NCBI GenBank assembly: GCA_035570235.1
Contig: DATMML010000030.1
Coordinates: forward strand, 74,681-138,680
Direction of reading: 5' to 3'
Source of the DNA: Vicinamibacteria bacterium
GTDB lineage: Bacteria > Acidobacteriota > Vicinamibacteria > Fen-336
DNA length: 64,000 nt
Made by a program: the position numbers and the translations under genes. Shown piece by piece: positions 47,775 to 57,499 of this stretch. The first letter of the stretch is position 1. Every line of letters begins with the position of its first letter. Under the pieces are notes generated by a model. It had not been told where the DNA came from. It saw only the letters and a program-made list of their open reading frames with translations, and did not search any database.

Positions 47775-50033
47775 CTACCGCAGGCGAACCAGCCGGGTTA
47801 TGGGGGGTAGGCAGCGCGCGTCGTCGCAGGCCTGGTAAGTCAGCTCCAAAGAAGGGGCTCCGCCCGCGGGGGGCTCAATCTCACCCTGGAGCGCCACCCG
47901 CCCCCGGTACACGGAAATGGGCTCGGCGGCGGGGCCGTAGGGCTCCCCGGCCGGATAGCGCAGGCCCCGCAGCTGGCCGAGCACGGGGCCGAGGGAGGTC
48001 GCGACAAGCGAGGGGAGGCTCGCGGGGTGGGCGTTCAGGTGCCAGCCCGGGCGAATGGCCAACTCGACCACGAACGGCCGCCAGGGCCCGGTGCCGGCCG
48101 CGAGCTGACCGCCCACCTCGACCACGTCACGGGCCGTTTCCTCCAGGCCCGCGGCGGCTACGGGCGCGGCCCCGGCGGGGACGGGGGCTCCGGGCGTGTC
48201 GCGGGACCGGTGCCAGGCCCGGACCAGGCTGACGTGGCCGAGGGGCATGGCGCTCATGGCTCCCCCGAACGCGCCCAGCACCCCCTCCGCACGGGAGAAG
48301 AAGGAGGCATCCCCGGTCAGCCGGCCCAGTTGGATCAGGTTCAAGGCCGCGACGCCGTTGCCGGAGGCGACCGCCCCGTCAAAGGCCGGCTTGGCCCGGA
48401 AGAGCAGCCGGGGATCCTCGCCGGCGGCGAAGTAGCCGCCCGCCGGGCCCCCCAGCCGGCGCTCTTGCTCGGCGGCGAGGCGGGTGGCCTCCGCCTTAAA
48501 GCGCTCCTCCCCCGTCACCGCCTGCAGGGCCAGCAGCCCCGAGATCAGGAACGCATAGTCGTCGAGGAAGGCGGGGATCCGCGCCCGGCCCGCGCGCCAG
48601 GCATGGAGGAGCGTGCCCCCCTCCGGATCCCGGAGCCGGGTGAGGACAAAGTCCGCGGCCCGGCGGCCAGCCTCGACGTAGGCCTGCTCGCCCAGGCGGT
48701 CCCCGCCCCGGGCCATGGCTTCGATCATGAGGCCGTTCCAGTCGGCCAGGACCTTGTCGTCAACGAGGGGCCGGGGCCTCTTCCCCCGGGCCTCGAACAA
48801 GGCTTTCCGGCCTGGTTCCAGGCGCGCGCGCAACTCCGCCTCGGAGAGGCCGTGGGCACGGGCCGATTCCGCCAGCGGCCGCGCGAGGTGGAGGACGTAG
48901 CGGTCGGTCTCGAAGGTCGGCGGCCCGTCCAGGCCGTAAACGGAGGTGAAGAGCCCGCGGTCCTCGTTCGGGAGCAGCGTCTCCAGCTCGTCCTTGGTCC
49001 ACGTGTAATAGGCCCCCTCGTGGCCCCCGGTCTCGGCGTCAATCGCGGAGAGGAAACCGCCCTCCGGACCCGTCAGCTCCCGCAAGACGAAGGCCAAGAC
49101 GGAGCGAGCAACCGCCTCGAAGCCGGCCTCGGGAGCGAGCCGCGCGGCCTCCGCGTAGAGCACGGCCAGGGCGGCGTTGTCGTAGAGCATCTTCTCGAAG
49201 TGGGGGACGAGCCACTGGGCGTCGGTCGAGTAGCGGTGGAAGCCTCCCCCCAAGTGGTCGTGGATCCCGCCTTCGGCCATTCCCTCCAGGGTCTTGAGCA
49301 GCATCTCCCGCGCTTGCCCGTCGCCCTCTCCCGCCCGGTCGAGAAGGAAGAACAGGTTCGAGGGAGAGGGAAACTTGGGAGCGCGGCCGAACCCCCCAAA
49401 GGTCCGGTCAAAGCGCTGGGCCAGCGCGGCCTGGGTCTCCTCCCCCAAGGCCGGCTCGGGCAGGCGGGGAGGAGCGGAGCCTGCCCCGAGCTGCTCCCGC
49501 ATCGCCTCCGCCACCTCCTCCGCCTGGTCGTGGACCTCGTCGCGCCGCAGCTCCCAGGCCTCTCGCAGCGCGGCCAGGACGCGCGGGAAACCAGGCCGCC
49601 CGAGTCCGTCCTGAGGCGGGAAGTACGTTCCCGCGAAGAACGGCTTCAGGTCGTGGGTCAGGAAGAGCGAGTTGGGCCAGCCCCCGGAACGCGTGATGAG
49701 CTGGGTGGCGGCCATGTACACCTCGTCGAGGTCAGGCCGCTCTTCACGGTCCAGCTTGATGGAAACGAAGCCCTCGTTCATTTGCCGGGCGATCTCCGGG
49801 TTCGAGAAGCACTCGCGCTCCATCACGTGGCACCAGTAGCATGTCGAATAGCCCACGGAAAGGAAGATCGGCTTGTCCTCCGACCGGGCCCGGGCAAAGG
49901 CCTCCTCTCCCCACGGATACCAGTCCACGGGATTTTCTGCGTGGAGCAGAAGATAAGGGCTCGACTCTCGAGCTAGCCGGTTGCGCACGTCAGCCAAGTG
50001 AGCTTGCCTCTTTTGAATACAGTCTACAGCCAC
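47775..50033 (-). CDS. YyaL/DUF255 thioredoxin-domain protein (SSP411-like) with a C-terminal DsbD-alpha-like extension
   Basis: [23 protein letters not shown] thioredoxin-like motif. Six-hairpin-like middle region. C-terminus …[16 protein letters not shown]. Confidence 0.8.
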   Translation of the reverse strand: MAVDCIQKRQAHLADVRNRLARESSPYLLLHAENPVDWYPWGEEAFARARSEDKPIFLSVGYSTCYWCHVMERECFSNPEIARQMNEGFVSIKLDREERPDLDEVYMAATQLITRSGGWPNSLFLTHDLKPFFAGTYFPPQDGLGRPGFPRVLAALREAWELRRDEVHDQAEEVAEAMREQLGAGSAPPRLPEPALGEETQAALAQRFDRTFGGFGRAPKFPSPSNLFFLLDRAGEGDGQAREMLLKTLEGMAEGGIHDHLGGGFHRYSTDAQWLVPHFEKMLYDNAALAVLYAEAARLAPEAGFEAVARSVLAFVLRELTGPEGGFLSAIDAETGGHEGAYYTWTKDELETLLPNEDRGLFTSVYGLDGPPTFETDRYVLHLARPLAESARAHGLSEAELRARLEPGRKALFEARGKRPRPLVDDKVLADWNGLMIEAMARGGDRLGEQAYVEAGRRAADFVLTRLRDPEGGTLLHAWRAGRARIPAFLDDYAFLISGLLALQAVTGEERFKAEATRLAAEQERRLGGPAGGYFAAGEDPRLLFRAKPAFDGAVASGNGVAALNLIQLGRLTGDASFFSRAEGVLGAFGGAMSAMPLGHVSLVRAWHRSRDTPGAPVPAGAAPVAAAGLEETARDVVEVGGQLAAGTGPWRPFVVELAIRPGWHLNAHPASLPSLVATSLGPVLGQLRGLRYPAGEPYGPAAEPISVYRGRVALQGEIEPPAGGAPSLELTYQACDDARCLPPITRLVRLR

Positions 50034-50052
50034 TGCTGGCGCCCTGGGTGAA

Positions 50053-50087
50053 TGTAAACGTATACTGATAAAACTCTAAACGTATAT
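50053..50087 (+). promoter_or_regulatory. Two direct copies of taaacgtata 25 bp apart in an AT-rich island upstream of the GGDEF-EAL gene (contains TATACT)
   Basis: gtaaacgtatactgataaaactctaaacgtatatg in a ~70-bp AT-rich stretch at 50040-50110. Confidence 0.35.
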
Positions 50088-50125
50088 GTTGCTCTAAATG
50101 CAATTCCAGGCTAGGCTTTGGCCCC

Positions 50126-53032
50126 ATGCCGCTCACCCTCCGGCGGCGCTATTTGCTGGGCGCGCTGCTCGGCCTCTGCGGGCTGTGGCTCAACGAGGTC
50201 ACTGTTCCCTTGCTCACGCAGGGAACGCCGCAGTTCGTCTTCGGTGGCGCCGCGGTCATGGTCTGCTTTGTCAGCCTGGGCACGGGGCCCGGGCTGATGG
50301 CCGCCCTGATCTCGCTCCTCCACCTCCTCGCACCCCGAAACGCCGCCGCCCTGGCCACGCTCGTCTACGTTGTTGAGGCCTGGGCAGCCTGCCTGCTCTA
50401 CCGACGTTACGGCAGCCTGGTTTTCGCGGTCACCGCCTTCTGGTTCAGCGCCGGCTTCATCCTGGATTTGGTCGTCTACGGGGGAATGGTCGGCCTTACG
50501 CAAGACTTCCTTACGCTGCTTTTCATCAAGCAGGTCTTTAACGGAATCCTGAATGCCCTGATCGCCGAAGCGGTATTGCGCTTGCCCGGGGTGAGGCTTT
50601 GGCTGCCGGCCCGCGACTCCATCCTGCCCGCCAGCCTGAAACAGTACGTCTTCAACCGCGTGGTCTTCGTGGTCATGATCCCGGCCCTGGCCCTGGCCAT
50701 GCTGTTCACCCGCACGGCCTACCAGGGCCACATCCTCCAAGCCCAGGCGCGGGAGCAGCATGCCGCGCAGGAGCTGAGGACGGGCCTCCGCGAGTTCCTG
50801 CTCGGCCGAGCGACCGCGATCGGAGGCCTCGCTCGGAGGCTGGAGACGGATGGGGCCGCCCAGCGAGTTGCCGCGCAGAGCCGGCTGGACCACTTCCGCC
50901 AGGAGAGGCCGGAGTTCCAGAGCCTCAGCTTCACGAACGCCCAGGGCGTGGAGGTCGCGGGCAGCGCCCCCTCTGGTCCTTTCGGGGGCGCCCTCGATGA
51001 GGTGACCCGGTCCCTCATCTTCAAGGAGGCCCGGGCCGAAGGACGGACGATCTACACCTCGCTCGCCGCCGGCCCCCACGGGGGCAGGGAGAACCCGGAG
51101 CCGCTCCTGATCGTCACCGAGCCGCTGCTGGACGGGCAAGGGCGATTCCGGGGCACGATCTCCGGGACCCTGGGACAGGCGGCCTTCGCTCCCCTCTTGG
51201 CTTCGGTCCGCGCGCACCCCGACGAGATCGTCACCCTCTTCGACCAGGACTACAACGTCATCTTCTCGTCGGACCCCCATCGACGCGCCGGGGACTCCCT
51301 GAAGGGATATCCCCCCGTGGAAGACCTGTCCGGACCCGCCCGCAGCTTCGCTTACTTTCCTCGCCCCGACGGCACGCTGGAGAGCGAGCTGGCCATCAAT
51401 TTGCGCCACGCCTCCTTTCAGCGGGACACGCTTTCCGGCCTGGGCGCGCTCGTGGATCTTCCCGCCCGCAGCCTGCATCGGGACATGATGCCCACCGCCT
51501 ACCGGATCCTCCTCTTCCTGGTCCTGACCCTGCTCTTGCTCTACGCGGTGGTGACGCGGTTCGCGCGCCGGGTCTCGGAGCCCCTGCTCGCCATCAACGG
51601 CGCCGCCAACGACATCGCGGCCGGTCGCTTCCCCGTGGAGGCCTCGCTCGAGGGCCTGGCGCGTAACCCCATCGAGGAGATCCAGAGCGTGGCCTTCCAC
51701 TTCCTCACCATGCGCGACGCCCTGGCCTATCGCGATACCCTCACCGGCCTCCCCAACCGTCAGCTGTTCCTGGACCGCCTGGGCCTGGCCCTCGTCCAGG
51801 CCCGTCGGAGCCGGGAGGGCCTGGCCGTGCTCTACCTGGACCTCGACCGCTTCCGCCTCGTCGAGGACTCCCTGGGCCACGCCACCGGCAACGAACTGCT
51901 GCGGATCGTGGCCGAGCGGCTGCAGAGCAGCGTGCGCGAGGGGGACACGGTGGCCCGCCTCGGCGCGGACGAGTTCGTGGTCCTCGTCCGGCAAGTCAAC
52001 CACGGGGAGGACGCGGCCCGGGTGGCGCGCAAGCTCCTGGACGGCCTGCGCCCGCCCTTCGTGGTGCAGGCTAGGGAGCTCATGGTGACGGGCAGCGTGG
52101 GCATCAGCTTCTACCCCAGCGACGGCGAGGAGGCGGAGACGCTGCTGAACGCCGCCCACATGGCCATGCACCGGGCCAAGAGCGAGGGCTGGGACACCTA
52201 CCGGCTCTACACCGCGGCCATGAACGACCGCGCCCTGGAGCAGCTGGCCCTGGAGGTGGCCCTCCGCAAGGCCGTCGGCCAAGGCGAGTTCGTGGTCCAC
52301 TACCAGCCCCTGCTGGACCTGCGCAGCGGGCGGGTGGAGGGGGCGGAGGCCCTCGTGCGCTGGCAGCACCCGAGCTTGGGCCTGCTTGGCGCCCACCAGT
52401 TCATCTCCCTGGCCGAGGCCTCGGGGCTCATCGTGTCCATCGATTCCTGGGTCCTCCGCACGGCCTGCGCGCGGGCGGTGGCCTGGCGTCGGCAGGGGTG
52501 GCCGCACCTCAGGGTCGAGGCCAACCTCTCCGCTCGCCAGTTCCAGCAGCGCGATCTGGTGGACGAGGTGACCCGCTGCCTTCAGGACACCGGCCTTCCC
52601 GCCGAGGCTCTGGAGATCGAGATCACCGAGCGCATCGCCATGCAGGACGTGGCCCGCTCGGTCGAGATCCTGCGCGCGCTCCGCCGCCTCGGCGTGCGGA
52701 TCTCCCTGGACGACTTCGGGACCGGCTACTCCTCCCTGAGCTACTTGAAGACGCTCCCTGTGGACACGGTCAAGCTTGACCAGTCTTTCGTGCGGGACAT
52801 CACGACCGATCCCGGGGACGCCGCCATCGCCACCGCCGTGATCGCCATGGCCCACAGCCTGGACTTGCGGGTGGTGGCGGAGGGGGTGGAAACCCGGGAG
52901 CAACTGTCCTTCCTCCGGGATCAGGGCTGCGACTCCTTCCAGGGCCACCTCTTCAGCGCCGCCGTTCCCGGCGACTTCATCGCCGGCCTGCTCGAGCAAA
53001 GCCTGGACTCCCTGCTCAGCCAGGCCAGCTGA
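50126..53032 (+). CDS. Membrane sensor diguanylate cyclase/phosphodiesterase (TM sensor + HAMP-like + GGDEF + EAL)
   Basis: Multi-TM N-terminus. GGDEF domain with RLGADEFVVL. EAL domain (EALVRWQHP…, DDFGTGYSSLSYL, ESQ…). The antisense 985-aa ORF was rejected. Confidence 0.85.
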   Translation: MPLTLRRRYLLGALLGLCGLWLNEVTVPLLTQGTPQFVFGGAAVMVCFVSLGTGPGLMAALISLLHLLAPRNAAALATLVYVVEAWAACLLYRRYGSLVFAVTAFWFSAGFILDLVVYGGMVGLTQDFLTLLFIKQVFNGILNALIAEAVLRLPGVRLWLPARDSILPASLKQYVFNRVVFVVMIPALALAMLFTRTAYQGHILQAQAREQHAAQELRTGLREFLLGRATAIGGLARRLETDGAAQRVAAQSRLDHFRQERPEFQSLSFTNAQGVEVAGSAPSGPFGGALDEVTRSLIFKEARAEGRTIYTSLAAGPHGGRENPEPLLIVTEPLLDGQGRFRGTISGTLGQAAFAPLLASVRAHPDEIVTLFDQDYNVIFSSDPHRRAGDSLKGYPPVEDLSGPARSFAYFPRPDGTLESELAINLRHASFQRDTLSGLGALVDLPARSLHRDMMPTAYRILLFLVLTLLLLYAVVTRFARRVSEPLLAINGAANDIAAGRFPVEASLEGLARNPIEEIQSVAFHFLTMRDALAYRDTLTGLPNRQLFLDRLGLALVQARRSREGLAVLYLDLDRFRLVEDSLGHATGNELLRIVAERLQSSVREGDTVARLGADEFVVLVRQVNHGEDAARVARKLLDGLRPPFVVQARELMVTGSVGISFYPSDGEEAETLLNAAHMAMHRAKSEGWDTYRLYTAAMNDRALEQLALEVALRKAVGQGEFVVHYQPLLDLRSGRVEGAEALVRWQHPSLGLLGAHQFISLAEASGLIVSIDSWVLRTACARAVAWRRQGWPHLRVEANLSARQFQQRDLVDEVTRCLQDTGLPAEALEIEITERIAMQDVARSVEILRALRRLGVRISLDDFGTGYSSLSYLKTLPVDTVKLDQSFVRDITTDPGDAAIATAVIAMAHSLDLRVVAEGVETREQLSFLRDQGCDSFQGHLFSAAVPGDFIAGLLEQSLDSLLSQAS

Positions 53033-53061
53033 CCCCCCCCGCCCCTCCCCGGGGCCCCGGC

Positions 53062-53090
53062 TTGACATTGGCCTCAGATATGTATATTAA
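53062..53090 (+). promoter_or_regulatory. Near-consensus sigma70 promoter (TTGACA-17nt-TATTAA) in an AT-rich island
   Basis: cTTGACAttggcctcagatatgtaTATTAAgtattcatattgagcctGGAGGcgccATGg. Followed by GGAGG and an ATG at 53117. Confidence 0.5.
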
Positions 53091-53116
53091 GTATTCATAT
53101 TGAGCCTGGAGGCGCC

Positions 53117-53362
53117 ATGGGGTCCTCAGGGGCGGCGGGTTCGGCCGTATTTCTTCAATGGGCTTCCGAGACGGGTGCTCACGGAATGCCCATACCGCAC
53201 GACTTGGAAGGCCGCGGCTGGCACCGGCTGGCCGAACACCCGCTCTTCCACGGAACTTGGCTGATGGAAACGGAGACGGTGTCTCTCCCTCCCTCGCCGA
53301 TCACCCCGACCCGTCCCCGTCGAAGGCCCCGGTCTGGGCCCGCGCTGATCTCGCGGCGCTAA
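53117..53362 (+). CDS. Small ORF (81 aa) with textbook promoter and RBS, no recognisable family
   Basis: Promoter and RBS as above. ORF MGSSGAAGSAVFLQWASETGAHGMPIPHDLEGRGWHRLAEHPLFHGTWLMETETVSLPP… Converges on the K+ channel gene with a 4-nt overlap. Confidence 0.3.
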   Translation: MGSSGAAGSAVFLQWASETGAHGMPIPHDLEGRGWHRLAEHPLFHGTWLMETETVSLPPSPITPTRPRRRPRSGPALISRR

Positions 53363-54345
53363 CCGGGAGCCGTCCGGGCCCCGCGCGGGGTCGGTGTCCC
53401 GCAGTGCGGGCAGAGGCGCCAGAGGGGGTTCAGCGCCTGCCCGCAAGAGCAGGTCATCTCCGCCGTCGAGCCCGGTCTCCCTGGGGCAACCGCGGCCTCT
53501 GAGGGGGCCTCGCCCCCCGGCCTCCCTTGCTTCCCGACCGCGGCCGCCTCCGCCCGGCGAACCGTCTCGTCGTGGGCATCGAGGTCGGTGCTGCCGAAGA
53601 GGGAGGAGAGCATCGCTTTCCCCACCACGTTCATGAGGAGGCCGAAGAGGGCGAGGCCAGCAAGCATGGTGGCGCCGGCTACGACCTTCCCCGCGGGGGT
53701 GGCAGGGACCATGTCCCCGTAGCCGGTGGTGGTGATGGTCACGATGCACCACCACATGGTCGCGGGGATGTGCACGAAGAGGGTGCCCGGAACCTGCTCC
53801 TCCGCGTAGAACTCCAGGGTGCTGAAGATCGTCACCGCGGAGAAGAGGGCGATGAAGTAGATCTGCAGGTCCATGCGGAGGGTGTTGAGGCGCTGCTCCT
53901 TGCGCTTCTCCAACTGTTGGGCGGCGACCTTGGCCAGCTTGAGCACGCGCAGGATCCGCATCAGCCTCAGGAAGCGCAGCACCCTGAGAACACGGGCCAC
54001 CTTGAGGGCCCGTATGTCCAGCATGAGGAGGATGGTGGGGGCGATGGCCAGGAAGTCGATAATGCCCCAGCCGAGAAGGTACTTCTTGCGGTCTTCCGCC
54101 ACGTAGATATTGATGAGGAACTCGGCCGTGAAAATGGAGACGATCACGATCTCCGACCACTCGAAGATCAGCTCGTACTGGACGTAGAGGTCCTGCATCG
54201 AGGCCAGGGTGACGGATATGACGGAGACGAAGATCAAGACCATGATGAAGGCGTGCATCTCGCGGTAGAGCGCCGAGTGCTCGTTGGCGAAGCCTTCGCG
54301 CAACGCGTGATCGATGCGCTGGCCGGCCCGGCGGAGAGCGTTCAT
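53359..54345 (-). CDS. Voltage-gated K+ channel (6TM, S4 sensor, TTTGYGD filter) with a C-terminal CxC…CxxC zinc-ribbon-like tail
   Basis: S4 RALKVARVLRVLRFLRLMRILRVLKL. Selectivity filter TITTTGYGDMVP. Tail MTCSCGQALNPLWRLCPHCGTP. Confidence 0.85.
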   Translation of the reverse strand: MNALRRAGQRIDHALREGFANEHSALYREMHAFIMVLIFVSVISVTLASMQDLYVQYELIFEWSEIVIVSIFTAEFLINIYVAEDRKKYLLGWGIIDFLAIAPTILLMLDIRALKVARVLRVLRFLRLMRILRVLKLAKVAAQQLEKRKEQRLNTLRMDLQIYFIALFSAVTIFSTLEFYAEEQVPGTLFVHIPATMWWCIVTITTTGYGDMVPATPAGKVVAGATMLAGLALFGLLMNVVGKAMLSSLFGSTDLDAHDETVRRAEAAAVGKQGRPGGEAPSEAAVAPGRPGSTAEMTCSCGQALNPLWRLCPHCGTPTPRGARTAPG

Positions 54346-54355
54346 AGCGGTCCTC

Positions 54356-55027
54356 CTAGGGAACCACCCTCACGGTGTAGGTCTTGCACTGGAAAGGATG
54401 CAGCAGAGCGAAGTCCAGCCCCGCGTCGGTGACGCAGAGCTGGGGCGAGAAGAGGCCGACCGGGTAGGTGTAGTTGCGGCGGCAGTTGGCGCCGGTCGGA
54501 CCGTGCACCTCCTGGTGGCCGTCACCCAGGAAATCCATGGTGAAGTAGAGGTTGTCGCCATCCAGATCGTGCGACCCGCACATGGTGAACTGGACCAAGA
54601 GCGGGGCCACGCCGGTGATGACGTCGCGCGAGCTGGCCGCGGGCGTGGTCTTGAATATCGCCACCGCCGGCTGGTTGGGCGGGGGCGCGGGCGCGCTCAC
54701 GCTCACGGCCGTGGAGCAGCGGGCGGACTGAGTCGCCGAGCTCACGGTGAAGGAGGCCGTGAACATCCCCACCCCGGTGTAGGTGTGAGCGGCGTTGGGG
54801 TTGCTGCCCGTGCTGCCGTCTCCGTAGTCGATGGCGACGGTGAAGGATCCTGGCGATCCCACCACGTTCAAGTTGAAGCTCACGGCGAGGGGGGCCGGAC
54901 CCGAGGACGGGCTCGCGGAGCAACTCGCGGAGAGGGTGGGGGCGGTGGGGCTGCTCTTATGGCAATCGGCGAGGCCGGCCAAGATCGGCAGAGCGAGAGC
55001 GGTGCCAGACGCCAGAATCTTCCTCAT
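54356..55027 (-). CDS. PKD-domain lipoprotein
   Basis: Lipoprotein signal MRKILASGTALALPILAGLADC. PKD-like APLAVSFNLNVVGSPG…AAHTYTGVGMFTASFTV. Confidence 0.6.
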   Translation of the reverse strand: MRKILASGTALALPILAGLADCHKSSPTAPTLSASCSASPSSGPAPLAVSFNLNVVGSPGSFTVAIDYGDGSTGSNPNAAHTYTGVGMFTASFTVSSATQSARCSTAVSVSAPAPPPNQPAVAIFKTTPAASSRDVITGVAPLLVQFTMCGSHDLDGDNLYFTMDFLGDGHQEVHGPTGANCRRNYTYPVGLFSPQLCVTDAGLDFALLHPFQCKTYTVRVVP

Positions 55028-55269
55028 GGCCGGATGTCAATTTTCGGTGAATCATACACGCCCCGCGGCGCTTGGGGAAACTAAGGAATCTTCTTTTATT
55101 CGCGGAAAGGCACCCCTCTCCCCGTTCGGGGGCCCGGTCACCCTCGGGGCGGAGGCGGAATGGGGCGCGCCCGCCCCCGCCGCCGGCGGAGGCGGCCCTC
55201 GGGAGTCGTCCACCTCGGCAAACGACTCCCCCACTCCCTCGGCGGAGAAGAGCCGGTGCCGGTGCGCCC

Positions 55270-55800
55270 CTACGGCTTGTAACGCTCCAGGAAGAACTTC
55301 TTGCTATCGAGGCGCCGGCCGGACTGGTAGACCACCCACTCGCTCTCCAAGTGGTCGGCGTCGCGAAGGTTGATCCGAGCCGAGTGCATGTGGGTATCGA
55401 CGTCCGGCTTCAGGTTGGCTCCCCCCGCAAAATCGAAGACGAGCTCGCCCGCGTCGCTGGTGGTGAGGCTCATCCGGGGCTGATTGCCCATTGCGCAGTA
55501 GTGGGTGAGAACGAGCGCGTCGCCGTCCAGATGATAGATCGTGATCATCTCGTGGCTCGTGCCCGGAAAGAGGTCTTCTAGGACCGCGCTCCCGTTCGAG
55601 GTGGTTCGGTAAGTGACCGTCGCCGGCGGACCGTCCTTGCTTTGGACCGTGCCCCGCCATTCGCCGTTCAGCGCCTTCAGCTTCTCGAAGGCGGCGGGAC
55701 CGGCCCCCCCTTTTCCGGCGGTGCTCTTCTCCCCCGCCACCAGCAACCCGCAGATCCCCATCGCGGAAAGGGTCATCAAGAGCGTAGCTTGTCTCTTCAT
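55270..55800 (-). CDS. Secreted hypothetical protein (DUF1579-like?)
   Basis: Signal peptide MKRQATLLMTLSAMGICGLLVAG. Conserved-looking HYCAMGNQPRM segment. Confidence 0.45.
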   Translation of the reverse strand: MKRQATLLMTLSAMGICGLLVAGEKSTAGKGGAGPAAFEKLKALNGEWRGTVQSKDGPPATVTYRTTSNGSAVLEDLFPGTSHEMITIYHLDGDALVLTHYCAMGNQPRMSLTTSDAGELVFDFAGGANLKPDVDTHMHSARINLRDADHLESEWVVYQSGRRLDSKKFFLERYKP

Positions 55801-55930
55801 AAGCGCGTTTCATCCTCCAAACACACTGTTACACCTTGCCCTGAGTTCCTTTAGGCACGCACGGCACGGTGCCCTAGGTGCCACCAACCGTCCAAGCGAA
55901 AGCCCGGGGGGGAGGCAGGCTCCCGCAGGG

Positions 55931-56419
55931 CTACTTCAGGGCGTCCGCGCCCGCCTTGGCGCACTGGCCGTCTTGCTGGCTGGTGGCGCCCGACACTCCG
56001 ATCGCGCCCACGATCTTGCCGTCCATGAGGAGGGGGAAGCCACCATCGACCGGCACCGCCCCTTCCAGGCGCAGAATGCGGAGACCCTCCCCCCCCGCGG
56101 CCAGAGCGTCCTGGAAAGCCTTGGTCGGGCGCTTGTACAGAGCCGCCGAACGCGCCTTCTCGATCGCCACTTTGACGCTGCCCGTCTGGGTGCCGTCCAT
56201 CTTCTCGAAGTAGACAAGGTTGCCGGCAGGGTCGACGATGGCCACCGCCATCGTCCAGCCGTTCTTGCGCGCCTCGGCCAGCGCGGGACCGGCGGCGCTT
56301 TTGGCGTGCTCCAGGGCGACGGGCAGACCGTAGGGATTTGGCAACTGCGCCCATAGCGGCGACGCGCACAGCGCCAGGGTCAGGGCCACGACCCCCTTGA
56401 CGGCGATCCGCAGTGACAT
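55931..56419 (-). CDS. GlcG/HbpS-like (DUF336) heme-binding protein, secreted
   Basis: Signal peptide and …GKIVGAIGVSGATSQQDGQCAKAG typical of the GlcG family. Confidence 0.7.
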   Translation of the reverse strand: MSLRIAVKGVVALTLALCASPLWAQLPNPYGLPVALEHAKSAAGPALAEARKNGWTMAVAIVDPAGNLVYFEKMDGTQTGSVKVAIEKARSAALYKRPTKAFQDALAAGGEGLRILRLEGAVPVDGGFPLLMDGKIVGAIGVSGATSQQDGQCAKAGADALK

Positions 56420-56482
56420 GCTGGCTCCTCTCTGGACTCGACGCGGGACGGGAAATTCCGACCCGTTCTTACCTACGCGCCC

Positions 56483-57499
56483 TCACACCAACTCGAACCT
56501 CAGCTCGCCCAGCTTCTCCAGGCTGCAGGCAACCTTGTCGCCGGGCTTAAGCCATACCCGCTTCTCCGGGGGGCGGCCTTGGATGACGCCCTGCGGGGTC
56601 CCCGTGAAGATGATGTCGCCGGGTCTCAAGGTAATGATGCGCGAGATGTAGCTGATCATCTGCCGGCTGTTGAAGATGAAGTCACGGGTGCTCGAGGATT
56701 GCCGCGTCTCCCCATTGACTCGGCACTCGATCTTCAGGTTGTCGGGATCGACCTGATCGGCGGTGACGAGGTAGGGCCCCAAGGGAGCGAACTGGTCCGG
56801 CGTCTTGCCGATCATCCACTGGCCGCCCGTCTCCAGCTGCAGGTCTCGGGCCGTGAAGTCATTGCCGGTACAGTACCCGGCAACGTAGGAAAGGGCATCC
56901 GCCTCGCTCACGTTTCTCGTCTCCTTACCGATGACCATGACGAGCTCGACTTCGTAGTCGAACTTCTCCGCCACCGCGCGCGGGAGCTTGATCGTGCCCT
57001 TATGAGAGTTGAGGGCGTTGTTGAACTTGTTGAACAACACCGGCTGCTTCTGAGGCGACATCCCTATCTCGAGGGCGTGCCCCCGATAATTCAAGCCCAC
57101 GCAGACGATCTTCTCGGGGCGAGTCACCACCGGTCCGTATTCGATGCTCTCCTCGTTGACCAGGGCCGGTCGAACCTCGACGGACTTCGTTGCCGCCTCG
57201 ACCAGCGCATTCAGGCTGGGGCCATCCTCATTCTGAAGCAGATCATCCATGGTGGCGGGGGCGGGCAGGTGGAGGATTCGGGCCGCCTCTTTCACGTCCA
57301 GAATGCCCTTCTCCGTCTTGACGCCCAGACGGTATTCGCCGTCGCGGCGCAGAGTCAGGAGGGTCAGCCCCCGCGCCGTGCCCCGGACCCGGTTGCGGAG
57401 AGGCTTGGGCTCGCCCTCTCCTCCCGCCAGTCTGGCCGTGGCGGCAACGGCGCCCGCGGCCCCCGCCCCCCTCAGAAACGTCCTGCGATCCTGCTCCAT
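56483..57499 (-). CDS. Fumarylacetoacetate hydrolase (FAH)-family enzyme with a twin-arginine signal peptide
   Basis: MEQDRRTFLRGAGAAGAVAATA (RRxFL). FAH C-terminal domain (…ISRIITLRPGDIIFTGTPQGV…). Confidence 0.75.
   Translation of the reverse strand: MEQDRRTFLRGAGAAGAVAATARLAGGEGEPKPLRNRVRGTARGLTLLTLRRDGEYRLGVKTEKGILDVKEAARILHLPAPATMDDLLQNEDGPSLNALVEAATKSVEVRPALVNEESIEYGPVVTRPEKIVCVGLNYRGHALEIGMSPQKQPVLFNKFNNALNSHKGTIKLPRAVAEKFDYEVELVMVIGKETRNVSEADALSYVAGYCTGNDFTARDLQLETGGQWMIGKTPDQFAPLGPYLVTADQVDPDNLKIECRVNGETRQSSSTRDFIFNSRQMISYISRIITLRPGDIIFTGTPQGVIQGRPPEKRVWLKPGDKVACSLEKLGELRFELV

Noticed and set aside
50111-53068. 985-aa minus-strand ORF covering the entire GGDEF-EAL gene
   Set aside because: The plus strand encodes recognisable GGDEF (RLGADEFVVL) and EAL (EALVRWQHP, DDFGTGYSS) motifs. 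The antisense product is Gly/Arg/Glu-rich with no motif.
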